Assembly: GCA_002269645.1 (NCBI GenBank)
Contig: NIVC01000168.1
Span: 186,001-250,000, forward strand
DNA from: Macrostomum lignano
Lineage: Eukaryota
Reading direction: 5' to 3'
Length of the DNA stretch: 64,000 nt
Shown: piece after piece, positions 47,860 to 64,000 of the stretch
Layout of the letters: every line of letters begins with the position of its first letter
Numbering within the stretch: position 1 is the stretch's first letter
Notes under the pieces: model-generated
Databases searched by the model: none
What the model saw: only the letters and a program-made list of their open reading frames with translations
Told to the model about the DNA's origin: nothing
Made by a program: the position numbers and the translations under genes

Positions 47860-48950
47860 TATAAAGGCTTATAGCAAAAATAATAAAGGCTATTAGGAGC
47901 TAGAAAAGCCTGTAGACTAGTCTATTTTGCTAGAGTCAATATATTTTACTTTGCTAGAATCTAAGAATATATCTAACCTTTTTTCTAGCTTAATCTTTTT
48001 AGAAATCTAGCTTTTCCCTAGCCTCAGACTTCTTTTAAAAGTTATACTATTAGCCTTTGGTCCTTTTTTAAATATAGTCTCTGCTTTAGTTGCAATCTTT
48101 TAGAATCCTTTTATCCTTCTTAGACTCTAGCCTTTAATTAGACTCAATTAATCTAAGAATCTATCTTTTCCCTAGCTCTAATCCTTCTAGCAATTCAGCC
48201 ATTCCTCTATCTGAACCCAATACTTTAAGGAATCTAGCTTCTCCCTTATTCCAATTTTTAGAAATCTAGCCATTCCTTTATCCTAATAATCCTCTAAGAA
48301 TGCAGCCATTCCCCTATCCCAATCTTCTAGAGAATCTGACTTCTCTTTTATCCTAATTCTCTAAGGAATCTATCTTATCCCTCATCCTAATCCTCCAGGG
48401 AATCTGGCCTATCCTCCATTTTCCTTTAAAGAATCTGGCCTACTCTTCATTTTAGTCCTCTAGGGAATCTGGCCTATCCTTCATCACAATCCTCTAGATA
48501 ATCTGGTCTTTCCTCCATTATAATCCTCTAGGGAATCTGGCCTATCTCCTATCCTAATCCTCTAGGGAATCTGGCCTATCTCCTATCCTAATCCTCTAAG
48601 GAATCTGGCCTATCTCTTATCCTAATCCTCTAGGGAATCTGGCCTATCTCCTATCCTAATCCTTTAGGGAATCTGGCCTATCTCTTATCCTAATCCTCTA
48701 GGGAATCTGGCCTAGCTCCTATCCTAATCCTCTAGGGAATCTGGCCTAGCTCCTATTCTAATCCTCTAAGGAATCTGGCCTATCTCCCATCTTAATCCTC
48801 TAGGGAATCTAGCCTACCCCTCATCCTAATCCTCCAGGGAATCTTGACTACCCCCTATCCTAATCCTTCAAGGAGTCCAGCCTATTTCTTATCCCAATCC
48901 TCCAGGGAATCCGGCCTACCCCCTATCCCAATCTTCTAAGAATCTAGCCT
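47860..48950. repeat. 34-bp tandem repeat CCTAATCCTCTAGGGAATCTGGCCTATCTCCTAT, decaying towards the left
   Basis: Clean units at 48530-48790; progressively mutated units at 47860-48500. Confidence 0.85.
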
Positions 48951-50804
48951 CTAATATGCTCACATCAACTATCCTTGGATCTAGCCTTTCAAGAATTTTT
49001 GCTTTGCTTTCAACAAATATTATTTAACTAGTTATTGTTTCTAGCTAATTCTATAGAGTAAAAATCTATTTACAGAAAAGCAGAAAACAGTTATTTATAT
49101 ATTATATTTTGCTTTGCAAGGCTACTTAAAGAAGTGTCTAAAGATACAAATCAATAGAGGCATACAGTGTAGCTCTTTAGTGTAAGGAAAACAAATGGCT
49201 TAAAAACAAACTCTTATAACTCTCATAATCACTCAGGTAGTACTAGAAAATAGTAGGTCCTAGTACTGAGAAATTCCATAAGAATATCATCATAGGTTTT
49301 AAAAAGTTTTTATTACTTATCTATTTTATTATTAGCTAAAATCATTCATTAAGATATAATTTTTATTATACATTAATCATTATAGCCAGAGTGGCCAAAA
49401 TTCTTGTTTTTTAATGCTTTTGTTAAAGTGTACCCAACAAAAAAGTTGATGTTGGGGTATATCACAATATATACAAATACAATATTTTAAAAGATCTATA
49501 TATAACACTAAACTGACAAAACATGCCATGAGTTTGTTTTTTTCAATATATATTTAGGCCTAGCCTATGTGTGCTTGAGTTATATTGAATGTTTCTTTTT
49601 TTATTCTCTTTAGATGAACTAAAATGAAGTTTAGTGAGCATGGTAAATTGGTAATAAAGTGATTATTTTAAAAATGTCCACAATTAAATTTTACAAAAAG
49701 TTTTTTATAACCTAACAGTGGCTTGCAAAGTTATTTTTTAACTAAAAATTCAACCCTCATATTGGCTGAATTGCATAGAAAAAATTAACTTCTTATCTTG
49801 AAAGAGAAGACTTAAAAGAGCCAGCAAAGTTGTTAAATGTCCATAATGAAAAAATGTCTTCTAAGATGGCCCACATGCCCCTCTGCAATCCATCCAACAT
49901 TCTGAGATCAGCAGTATCTTTACTCAGTAATCTTTACTCATTTAAATGTACCTTGAGATATGCAGCGAGGTAAGGAGACAACATTGACAAGAGAAGACTA
50001 AAGAGCAGTGGCTTAGAGAAAGCCCAAGCAAAGGTGTGCTATGCAAATTTCATGGCTTGAAAAAGAGCTAGCTACTGCTGTTGCTACTGCTGCTGAGGCA
50101 GAAACTTGTCACAACAGTCCTTATGCAAGCAGGAAGTTTGCTTCAATGGCTATAACAAGGAGTTTTTTATTTAACCCTATATGACAAAAGAAATCTAACA
50201 TGTGTGCACTAAATCATTTTTATGCCAAGTTTAATATATCCCTATTCTCTTGGTCATGAGAATGAGAGTCACATCATGGAAAAGGAGGGGCTCATAAAGC
50301 GGGCGCATGGGCCCGGAGATAGGCCACGCGAGAGCCCACGCACGCGCGGTTTTAATATGCACACGCACAAAAAATTAACAAAATGACAAGGGCCAGCAGA
50401 AAGAGAGGAGAGAGATAACGAATGAATTATAATTCTAAAGATGAGAGGCAAAGGTGGCAATCGAATCTCACTTTATCTCACCTAATCTCACTTTATCTCA
50501 CCTAATCTCACCCTATCCCACCGACGCGAATCTCACCCTATCTTATTTTAATGATCATATTATTGCGTTCAGCAATTTTCATGCTCTGTTTAAGGATTTA
50601 TCAAAACTTCGAGCCAATATTGAGGCAAGTTCCCCTCTAGTATAACAGCTAGTTAGTGCAGTACACGGTTCTTGTACTGGAGGCTGGTCCCCAGTAGTTG
50701 CAGTTGCAGTTTTGATCACCAAGACAAGAGAGCTGTTAGTTGGTATGGTATTGGTATTGGAACGTTAGGATTCCAATGTGAGTCACGCCAATTGCACCGC
50801 CTGT

Positions 50805-51275
50805 AGGCCAGCAGGCAGGTACTCCTGCATTTTGGCGCCACAGGCAGGTACTCATTTTGGCGCCACAGGCAGGCACTCATTTTGGCGCCGCATGCAGGCA
50901 GGCACTCATTTTGGCGCCAAAGGCAGCTGCACTGATTCTGGCGCCGAAGGCAGCTGCACTCATTCTGGCGCCGAAGACAGCTGCACTCATTTTGGCGCCG
51001 CAGGCAGGGTACTCATTTTGGCGCCGAAGGCAGCTGCACTCATTTTGGCGCCGCAGGCAGCGGTACTCATTTTGGCGCCGAAGGCAGCTGCACTCATTTT
51101 GGCGCTGCAGGCAGGGTACTCATTTTGGCGCCGAAGGCAGCGGTACTCATTTTGGCGCGGCAGGCAGCGGTACTCATTTTGGCGCCGCAGGCAGCTGCAC
51201 TCATTTTGGCGCCGAAGGCAGCTGCACTCATTCTGGCGCCGAAGGCAGCTGCACTCATTTCGGCGCCGAAGGCAC
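50805..51275. repeat. ~27-28 bp minisatellite GCACTCATTTTGGCGCCGAAGGCAGCT
   Basis: Direct inspection. Confidence 0.92.
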
Positions 51276-51879
51276 CATATTTAGGTAACCCCCTGAAGCA
51301 AAATTATTGATTTCCATAACTGGTTACAAGTTGAGGCCGGGGGGGGGACAAAGCATTAGCTTGTCCCCCCCAAAGCTTTTACTGCGGGGGGCATGTCACC
51401 TATTCGATTTCATCCAACGTGGGAAGCAGCCGCTTATCAGAAATGGCTGCAATTTGCGACCTCGTCGGATGAGAGGCCATCGACAGTCGCATAACGCGTG
51501 CCCATACGTGTGTTTTAATTCGTGTTTAACTAATAACTTTCAAGGAATTGATTGGGCTGAATTCGTTAAACAATGAAATTTACCAGCGAAGAGAATTAGC
51601 AACGGACTTAGCGATGCCCTGAGTAGGGCTAGAGAAGGTTGTTGTGCAAGCTCAGGTTAGTCTGCAGTCACAGGCATTCCAAACCACGAGCCCCGATGCT
51701 AAAAGGCGTGCGAAATGAAAAAACGGGCCCCAGGATGTTGGACCCCCACTGAGCGAATTCTGACACTGAGCGAGTGTTTAAAATTGACGTTATAATCGTG
51801 TTAATTCGTTCCATATTCATTTTCTATATTGACGTATGAAAGAAGTTATGTACAGTTAAATCTGGCTGAGCCCATTAAG

Positions 51880-52500
51880 CCCATCACCCTCTCCTTCACC
51901 CTCTTCTTCACCCTCTACTCCACCCTCTCCTTCACCTTCTTCTTTGCACCCTTTTGTTCACCCTCTCCTTCACCCTCTCCTTCACCCTCTTCTTCACCCT
52001 CTAACCCACCCTCTCCTTCACCTTCTTCTTCACCCTTTTGTTCACCCTCGCCTTCACCCTCCCCTTCACCCTCTCCTTCACCCTCTTCTTCACTCTCTCA
52101 TTCACTCTCTCCTTCACCCTCTCCTCCACCCTCCCCTTCACCCTCTTCTTCACCCTCTCATTCACCCTCTCCTCCACCCTCTCCTTCACCCTCTCCTTCA
52201 CCCTCTCCTTCACCCTCTCCTTCACCCTCTTCTTCACTCTCTCATTCACTCTCTCCTTCACCCTCTACTCCACCCTCTCCTTCACCTTCTTCTTCACCCT
52301 TTTTTTTCACCCTCCCCTTCACCCTCCCCTTCACCCTCTCCTTCACCCTCTTCTTCACTCTCTCATTCACTCTCTCCTTCACCCTCTACTCCACCCTCTC
52401 CTTCACCTTCTTATTCACCCTTTCGTTCACCCTCTCCTTCACCCTCTCATTCACCTTCTCTTTCATTCTCTTGTTCACCCTCTTATTCATCCTCTTCGTC
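51880..52500. repeat. 12-bp pyrimidine-rich repeat CCTTCACCCTCT
   Basis: Direct inspection; explains the SPSP and LHPL ORFs. Confidence 0.93.
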
Positions 52501-52978
52501 CCCTCAGTGGCGCCTCAACACACGCCACACTGGGACACCTTTGAAGCTGATAATGGCGACTTCTGAAAGAACAAGTAACAGGCATGTCAATCTGGGTCAC
52601 TTTGAATTGAAAATTACATTGCATGGTTCCCCCTACCAACAGGATAATTGCTTATTGTCACCCCGGAGGCTGACGATTGCGCCCTATTAGTCACCAGCAG
52701 TTGAGATTCCTGCGAAATGGCGACCTCCGATTGGATGGCGGAGCCCCCCCCCCTACAGGGCCGGGGCGGGTGTTGTGACAGCCGTACAAAAACTCAAGCC
52801 CATGCAGGCAAGCTCTCGGCAAGCTCACAGCGTTTTCTAAAACAAATTCAATTGGGTCAGTTAATAATACAAGGCACAGGGGTCAGCACGCGACACACAA
52901 GGTAAATCGAAGCCCTACTGCTGCAGATAAGACGCACCGAGCGATCGGTTGTTAAACTTGCAAGTTGACAGCTGATTT

Positions 52979-57475
<4,497 letters not shown>

Positions 57476-57837
57476 TGAAGCGGCATATGAAAGCTGACCT
57501 CTCATTTGCCATACCCTCCCTCTGCCTTGCTTTTACACTGTAGCTGCCGCTTGGCTGTTGATTTCCTGCCTGCCCTGACCTTTGTGTCAGTCTTTGCCCG
57601 CCTTGCAGCTTGGACGTTTTTTAATATTGACTTTTCTATTTTTTCTTATGCTCGATTCTGCCAGAATCTGTTTACTTCAAAATAATATTTTTACTGTGTG
57701 ACCACCACCGTATCTGCATTTGCATCTGTAATCTGCATCTGTAAATAAACTCTACATCTGGAACTGTGGATTTGAGTGGGTTTGGACTGCCGAGAATCAA
57801 TACCTAACTGAGCAGCTGTTGAACTCTTGAACTCTTG

Positions 57838-58094
57838 GAGATAGATAGATAGATAGATAAATAGATGGATAGATAGATGGATAGATAGATAGATGATAGA
57901 TAGATAGATGATAGATAGATAGATGATAGATAGATAGATGATAGATAGATAGATGATAGATAGATAGATAGATGGATAGATAGATAGATAAATAGATGGA
58001 TAGATAGATGGATAGATAGATGGATAGATAGATAGATGGATAGATAGATAGATGATAGATAGATAGATGATAGATAGATAGATGATAGATAGAT

Positions 58095-58138
<44 letters not shown>

Positions 58139-58142
58139 GATA
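57838..58142. repeat. (GATA)n microsatellite
   Basis: Direct inspection. Confidence 0.97.
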
Positions 58143-58317
58143 TGCCGAATGCCAACGCAAAGCCACGCTCGCAGAGTTGGTTTCTTTAAATGATAAGTCA
58201 AATCGAACTTATTTAAATTGACCGATATTTCGGCCAGAACTGGCCTTCTTCGGGGTTTATAATTGGGGGTATAAAAACAAGGATTATTTTGGCAGTGAAC
58301 TTATTTATCATAAATTT

Positions 58318-58999
58318 AATATAGGATTTTTCGTTTGATTTCATAAAATTGTCATTTGATTTCGTCCATAGAAGTTGGCAGTGCGGCCGTAGAGTCTAGT
58401 CTATGGCAATAAAGTGCGCTGTTTTCCGATTGAATTCATAACTTTGCCATGGAGCAGGCACACAGTTGTCTCAAGGCTTCGCTTAAACGCCAGCTAGCAA
58501 CACCTGAGCTTCAACAGGAACTTAGCTATCCGCCTGATGGCATCAACCGAACGCAGTGGAGACTCATGGTGCTTTTCCGCTGCGGCTACGTTGCACTAGA
58601 GGAAATTTCCGCCGCGAAGTGCCTTGCCTGGGAACGACATGTGATGCAGTTTCTGCCCCTGTGCATCAATGAGCAGCAGATAATGTGAAATTTGTAGCTT
58701 GTTGCAGCGAACGAGCATTAACTTTGGCGGACATAACTGATTTCACTGTTGCAACTGCCTACTTCCTCATGTGACTTAAATACACAGCTTTCTGTTTTTA
58801 ACAGTTCTTTCTGTACTGGACAAGCGCATCGACTTTTCTGTTGCCTTTCTACTGGGTATGTCGAAATGAAGTGGCAAAGTTATGAATTCGATTGGAAAAC
58901 AGCGCACTTTATTGCCATAGATTCTATGGCCACGCTGCCAACTTCTATGGACGAAATCAAATGACAATTTTTATGAAATCAAACGAAAAATCCTATATT
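58318..58999. mobile_element. MITE/foldback element with ~130-bp terminal inverted repeats
   Basis: 58318-58449 (AATATAGGATTTTTCGTTTGATTTCATAAAATTGTCATTTGATTTCGTCCATAGAAGTTGGCAG...ACTTTGCCA) is a near-perfect reverse complement of 58872-58999. The TSD is ambiguous in AT-rich flanks. Confidence 0.85.
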
Positions 59000-59432
59000 T
59001 ATATACCAGCTTTGGAGGGGTGCGCTGAGCAGCGTTGTGTAAAGATGTGTACGGATAATTAGTTTAAAAAGTGAACTGAAGCATGCTGATTGGTTAAAGT
59101 TTTGTGGTTAAAGCCTTGCACAAAAAGTATGGATGTTGTTGCAGATTTAAAGAATAGAAGTGTATGACTAATTATCTTTAACAGTTCAACAAATAAGTTA
59201 TTTACGCCCGTAGAAAAAACAAATATTACTGTAAATTAATACAGAGCACTGAGAACTTTGCATAAAAAAGTGTAAATAATTAGATGTAAATATTCAATAC
59301 ATATAAAGTAATTAAAGAAATTGAGTAGCCAGTCAGGCCACGAGTCGCAGTTGGCGGCGTCTGGTCACAAACCACCGTCGCCCAGGCCCTGGAAACAGGC
59401 GACTGGGCACTGCCGATCGGTTGTAGATTAAC

Positions 59433-59433
<1 letters not shown>

Positions 59434-59465
<32 letters not shown>

Positions 59466-59492
59466 TGTAGTAGTAGTAGTAGTAGTAGTAGT

Positions 59493-59530
<38 letters not shown>

Positions 59531-59743
59531 ATAGTAGTTGTAGTAGTAGTAGTAGTAGTAGTTGTAGTAGTAGTAGTAGTAGTACTAGTAGTAGTAGTAG
59601 TAGTAGTAGTAGTAATAGTAGTTGTAGTAGTAGTAGTAGTAGTAGTTGTAGTAGTAGTAGTAGTAGTTGTTGTAGTAGTAGTAGTAATAGTAGTTGTAGT
59701 AGTAGTAGTAGTAGTAGTTGTAGTAGTAGTAGTAGTAGTAGTT

Positions 59744-59799
<56 letters not shown>

Positions 59800-59829
59800 T
59801 GTAGTAGTAGTAGTAGTAGTAGTAGTAGT

Positions 59830-59864
<35 letters not shown>

Positions 59865-59919
59865 ATAGTAGTTGTAGTAGTAGTAGTAGTAGTAGTTGTA
59901 GTAGTAGTAGTAGTAGTAC

Positions 59920-59953
<34 letters not shown>

Positions 59954-59980
59954 TGTAGTAGTAGTAGTAGTAGTAGTAGT

Positions 59981-60012
<32 letters not shown>

Positions 60013-60045
60013 ATAGTAGTTGTAGTAGTAGTAGTAGTAGTAGTT

Positions 60046-60083
<38 letters not shown>

Positions 60084-60110
60084 TGTAGTAGTAGTAGTAG
60101 TAGTAGTAGT

Positions 60111-60142
<32 letters not shown>

Positions 60143-60166
60143 ATAGTAGTTGTAGTAGTAGTAGTT

Positions 60167-60225
<59 letters not shown>

Positions 60226-60342
60226 TGTAGTAGTAGTAGTAGTAGTAGTAGTAGTTAGTAGTAGTAGTAGTAGTAGTAGTAGAAGTAATAGTAGTTGTAG
60301 TAGTAGTAGTAGTAGTAGTTGTAGTAGTAGTAGTAGTAGTAC

Positions 60343-60380
<38 letters not shown>

Positions 60381-60389
60381 ATAGTAGTT

Positions 60390-60449
<60 letters not shown>

Positions 60450-60504
60450 ATAGTAGTTGTAGTAGTAGTAGTAGTAGTAGTTGTAGTAGTAGTAGTAGTA
60501 GTAC

Positions 60505-60542
<38 letters not shown>

Positions 60543-60551
60543 ATAGTAGTT

Positions 60552-60605
<54 letters not shown>

Positions 60606-60662
60606 ATAGTAGTTGTAGTAGTAGTAGTAGTAGTAGTTGTAGTAGTAGTAGTAGTAGTAGTT

Positions 60663-60700
<38 letters not shown>

Positions 60701-60836
60701 TAGTAGTAGTAGTAGTAGTAGTAGTAGTTGTAGTAGTAGTAGTAGTAGTAGTAGTTAGTAGTAATAGTAGTTGTAGTAGTAGTAGTAGTAGTAGTAGTTA
60801 GTAGTAGTAGTAGTAGTAGTAGTAGTAATAGTAGTT

Positions 60837-60868
<32 letters not shown>

Positions 60869-60898
60869 TGTAGTAGTAGTAGTAGTAGTAGTAGTAGT

Positions 60899-60930
<32 letters not shown>

Positions 60931-60969
60931 ATAGTAGTTGTAGTAGTAGTAGTAGTAGTAGTAGTAGTT

Positions 60970-61026
<57 letters not shown>

Positions 61027-61035
61027 ATAGTAGTT

Positions 61036-61091
<56 letters not shown>

Positions 61092-61115
61092 TGTAGTAGT
61101 AGTAGTAGTAGTAGT

Positions 61116-61147
<32 letters not shown>

Positions 61148-61156
61148 ATAGTAGTT

Positions 61157-61246
<90 letters not shown>

Positions 61247-61266
61247 ATAGTAGTAGTAGTAGGTAC

Positions 61267-61326
<60 letters not shown>

Positions 61327-61348
61327 GTACTAGTAGTAGTAGTAGTAA

Positions 61349-61383
<35 letters not shown>

Positions 61384-61384
61384 A

Positions 61385-61433
<49 letters not shown>

Positions 61434-61476
61434 TAGTAGTAGTAGTAGTAGTAGTAGTAGTAATAGTAGTAGTAGT

Positions 61477-61534
<58 letters not shown>

Positions 61535-61552
61535 TGTAGTAGTAGTAGTAGT

Positions 61553-61584
<32 letters not shown>

Positions 61585-61672
61585 ATAGTAGTTGTAGTAG
61601 TAGTAGTAGTAGTAGTTGTAGTAGTAGTAGTAGTAGTAGTAGTAGTTGTAGTAGTAGTAGTAGTAGTAGTAG
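59434..61672. repeat. 2.2-kb (TAG)n trinucleotide array with patterned TTG/TAA/TTAG/TAC interruptions
   Basis: Direct inspection. Confidence 0.98.
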
Positions 61673-61820
61673 AAGCAGCCAGACAGGCCACGCAAGTCGC
61701 AGTTGGCAGCGTCTGGTCACAATATTAAGCAGTAAAAGCAAAAAAATAAAAGCTATTCGGCTATTAAAAGGATTCTAACGGTTAACATGACCAGCAGGTC
61801 GACTGTTCAAGTGGTTTGGC

Positions 61821-61983
61821 CAGTAGCGCAACCAGAAATTTTTCAAGGGGGGGGCGGATTCTGAGGGTAAAGTCCCGGGAGGGGGGGGGCGGCGGAGGGG
61901 TGGCTCTGTTTTTGGCGAAAATTCGCTTGGTCCCCCCTTTGATTTTTTTTCGGTCCCCCGCCCCCCCCCTGGTTGCGCCACTG
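61821..61983. mobile_element. 163-bp hAT-type MITE with 15-bp TIRs and 8-bp TSD
   Basis: Left CAGTAGCGCAACCAG, right CTGGTTGCGCCACTG (14/15 match). GGTTTGGC is duplicated at 61813-61820 and 61984-61991. An 8-bp TSD with CAG termini is characteristic of hAT. Confidence 0.9.
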
Positions 61984-62835
61984 GGTTTGGCATCGATGGC
62001 AATTCTGTTTTTTATGCTACTCCAGACTGTAACTGCCTACAGTAAGTCAATTTTCTTGATACTCATTGGTTCATTTTTTCTTTCATACCTACAGAAAATG
62101 ACAATCCTCGATACTAAAAATGTTTTTTATAGGTATATGTACGCTCGTATACAACAATATAATACAGTTCAGAAAAAAAAACGATTTCATGAAACTTGCT
62201 AGATGCAAGCATTCGGAAGTTCGATCAGAAATTTTCCGCGGTGACGGTACCTGCGCCGTAGCTAAGAAATTAAGACGCAGTGCTAAGATCCTGGGCTGGT
62301 AAAGCAAGTGGGCTTTACCCGATTTTAATGGCGGAGCGACCCGCCTCGCTGCCGCCTTTTTTTATCGCCTTGTACTCATACTGGTTTTACGCGCTGTACA
62401 TACGTGCTGACTAGCACCCCTAACCCCCGGTGTGCATGTGCTTTACGAGCGTATTTATATGTTGCTCAGCTCAGCGCGAAAGGGGCGCTGCTGCCGCTCA
62501 ATATATTTTTTTATTTCTCTAATCATTGTAATCAATCAATTCTAATCAATACATTCGAACAATGCGTCCCCAAATCGCTTTGGGCCTGCCTCGCCTCGAT
62601 CGCCACTTGCCCCGTCTCCGCCTCGTCACTCCGGACATTAATGGGTTGAAAGACACAAGTACTCGCAGTTTCTGCCACATTGCGCAGAGTACATCAAACC
62701 CACGACACTAAGACAAAACCCAGCGTTCTGGTACTTTGCTAAAATCGTAAACTTTAAGCTGGTTTGCACCGCCACAAAGAAAGGTATCGAATTAAACAAA
62801 CAAAGTCCGTGTCACCGTGTGACAGGGGTCGCTTT

Positions 62836-63030
62836 CACAAGCTCGAAGTTTCACAACCTCGAAACCAGTTACTTTCATAAGCTCTAAATTTCACAAGCTC
62901 GAAATTTCACAAGCTCGAAATTTCATAACCTCGAAAACCATTCTAGCAGCCACTTTCACAAACTCGAAACTTCATAAGCTCGAAATTTTCATATCCTCGA
63001 AAATTTTAGCAGGCGACTTCACAAGCTGCT
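62836..63030. repeat. ~16-bp degenerate repeat TTCACAAGCTCGAAAT
   Basis: Direct inspection. Confidence 0.85.
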
Positions 63031-63033
63031 AAA

Positions 63034-63331
63034 ATGGCGGAAAGACATAATACTAGCAGGCTTTAGCCAATAGAAACATTTTCAGAAGTAGCATAGAACT
63101 AAATATTTGAACTCGTGCATCTGATTTCAGCGAGGCTCCCAATGATGGAATGTCTGCAGTCTTCAACCGCTTCTGAAGGCGTCTGCAGTCGAGCCATCGA
63201 CAACAACGATCACCAATTATTTAGCCACAATTCCTGCTCTCACACCAAAAACGAGAAGGGCTGGTGGTAGGCGAGAACCAAGTCGCATTCGGGCGAATCG
63301 AATCACCAACCGGATTGACTGTTGCTCAGAA
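63034..63331 (+). pseudogene. Inverted fragment of the F-type lectin gene (intron + start of second lectin exon)
   Basis: Reverse complement of ~30490-30806, including intron and acceptor TGATTTCAG. It has CAG>TAG at 63268-63270 and small deletions; about 6 differences in 160 exon bases by eye. Confidence 0.92.
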
Positions 63332-63476
63332 TTTGCAGAGTCATTATATTTGCAGAGCCATTTTATTTGCAGAGCCATTTTATTAGCAGAGCCATTTTAT
63401 TCGCAGAGCCATTTTATTTGCAAACCTGTGCAAATAGTGCTGACACCTCCTGGCATCGCGGCCAGATCACCAGGCG

Positions 63477-64000
63477 TCATAAACCGCGTGCTCGCCGGCG
63501 CTCCTGAACCCTCCGAGTGGACCATCGCGCACATCGTGCCGATCCCGAAGAAGGCAGGAACAACGTGGAAAGAAGACCACCGCGGGATCTAGCTGATGTC
63601 CTGCACCGCGAAGCTTTTTAACCGGCTGCTGCTCAATCGTCTGCAGTCTGTGCTAGACCCGTACCTGCGGTACGAGCAAAACGGATTCCGGCCGCAACGC
63701 GGTACAGTGACACAGATCCCCACACTCCGCCGTGTCATCGAGGAGGCGCGCATCCGCCAGTCTACGCTGATCATTGTCTTCGTTGACTTTCGAAAGGCGT
63801 TTGACTCGGTGTTGAGAGCCGCGCTCCCCTTCGTCCTTCGAGCCTACCGGGTACCCCAGCAGCTAATCGACGCTGTCATAGCGCTGTATCGTGACACTCG
63901 AGCTGCTGTGGTGACGGCGGACGGCCTGTCTGACCTGTTCGATACTTCATCAGGAGTTCTGCAGGGCGACACGCTAGCGCCGTTCCTCTTCGTGCTGCTG
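63477..64000 (+). mobile_element. Non-LTR retrotransposon reverse transcriptase (RTE-like), with one in-frame stop, running off the window
   Basis: PSEWTIAHIVPIPKK...HRGI*LMSCTAKLFNRLLLNRL...QNGFRPQRGT...FVDFRKAFDSV...GVLQGDTLAPFLFVLL; stop at 63590-63592. Confidence 0.92.

Overview
Eukaryotic (animal) genomic DNA with spliceosomal introns, most of the longer ones filled by minisatellites. The style suggests a free-living flatworm such as Macrostomum, but that is inference only. I rebuilt exon chains by hand from splice sites and reading phase. In order: 3' end of an LRR/EF-hand gene (+, with a GC-AG intron); ACAD8 isobutyryl-CoA dehydrogenase (+, 5 exons); a ~1600-aa type I membrane mucin-like protein with Gly/Thr repeats (-, 8 exons); an orphan coiled-coil gene (-, 6 exons); a 3x F-type lectin + WSC gene (-); a ZNF106 orthologue (-, 6 exons) with a nested antisense membrane-protein ORF; and an orphan 3-exon gene (+). 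The orphan gene has a decayed inverted paralog at 33-34.7 kb, and an inverted fragment of the lectin gene lies at 63 kb. Transposon material includes a mini-mariner, a Penelope-like RT relic, two MITEs and an RTE-like RT. The most unusual feature is a 3.65-kb block (46647-50299) with only 2 CpGs and signs of additional C>T/G>A change outside CpG. Most long ORFs in the supplied track are translations of tandem repeats, not genes.
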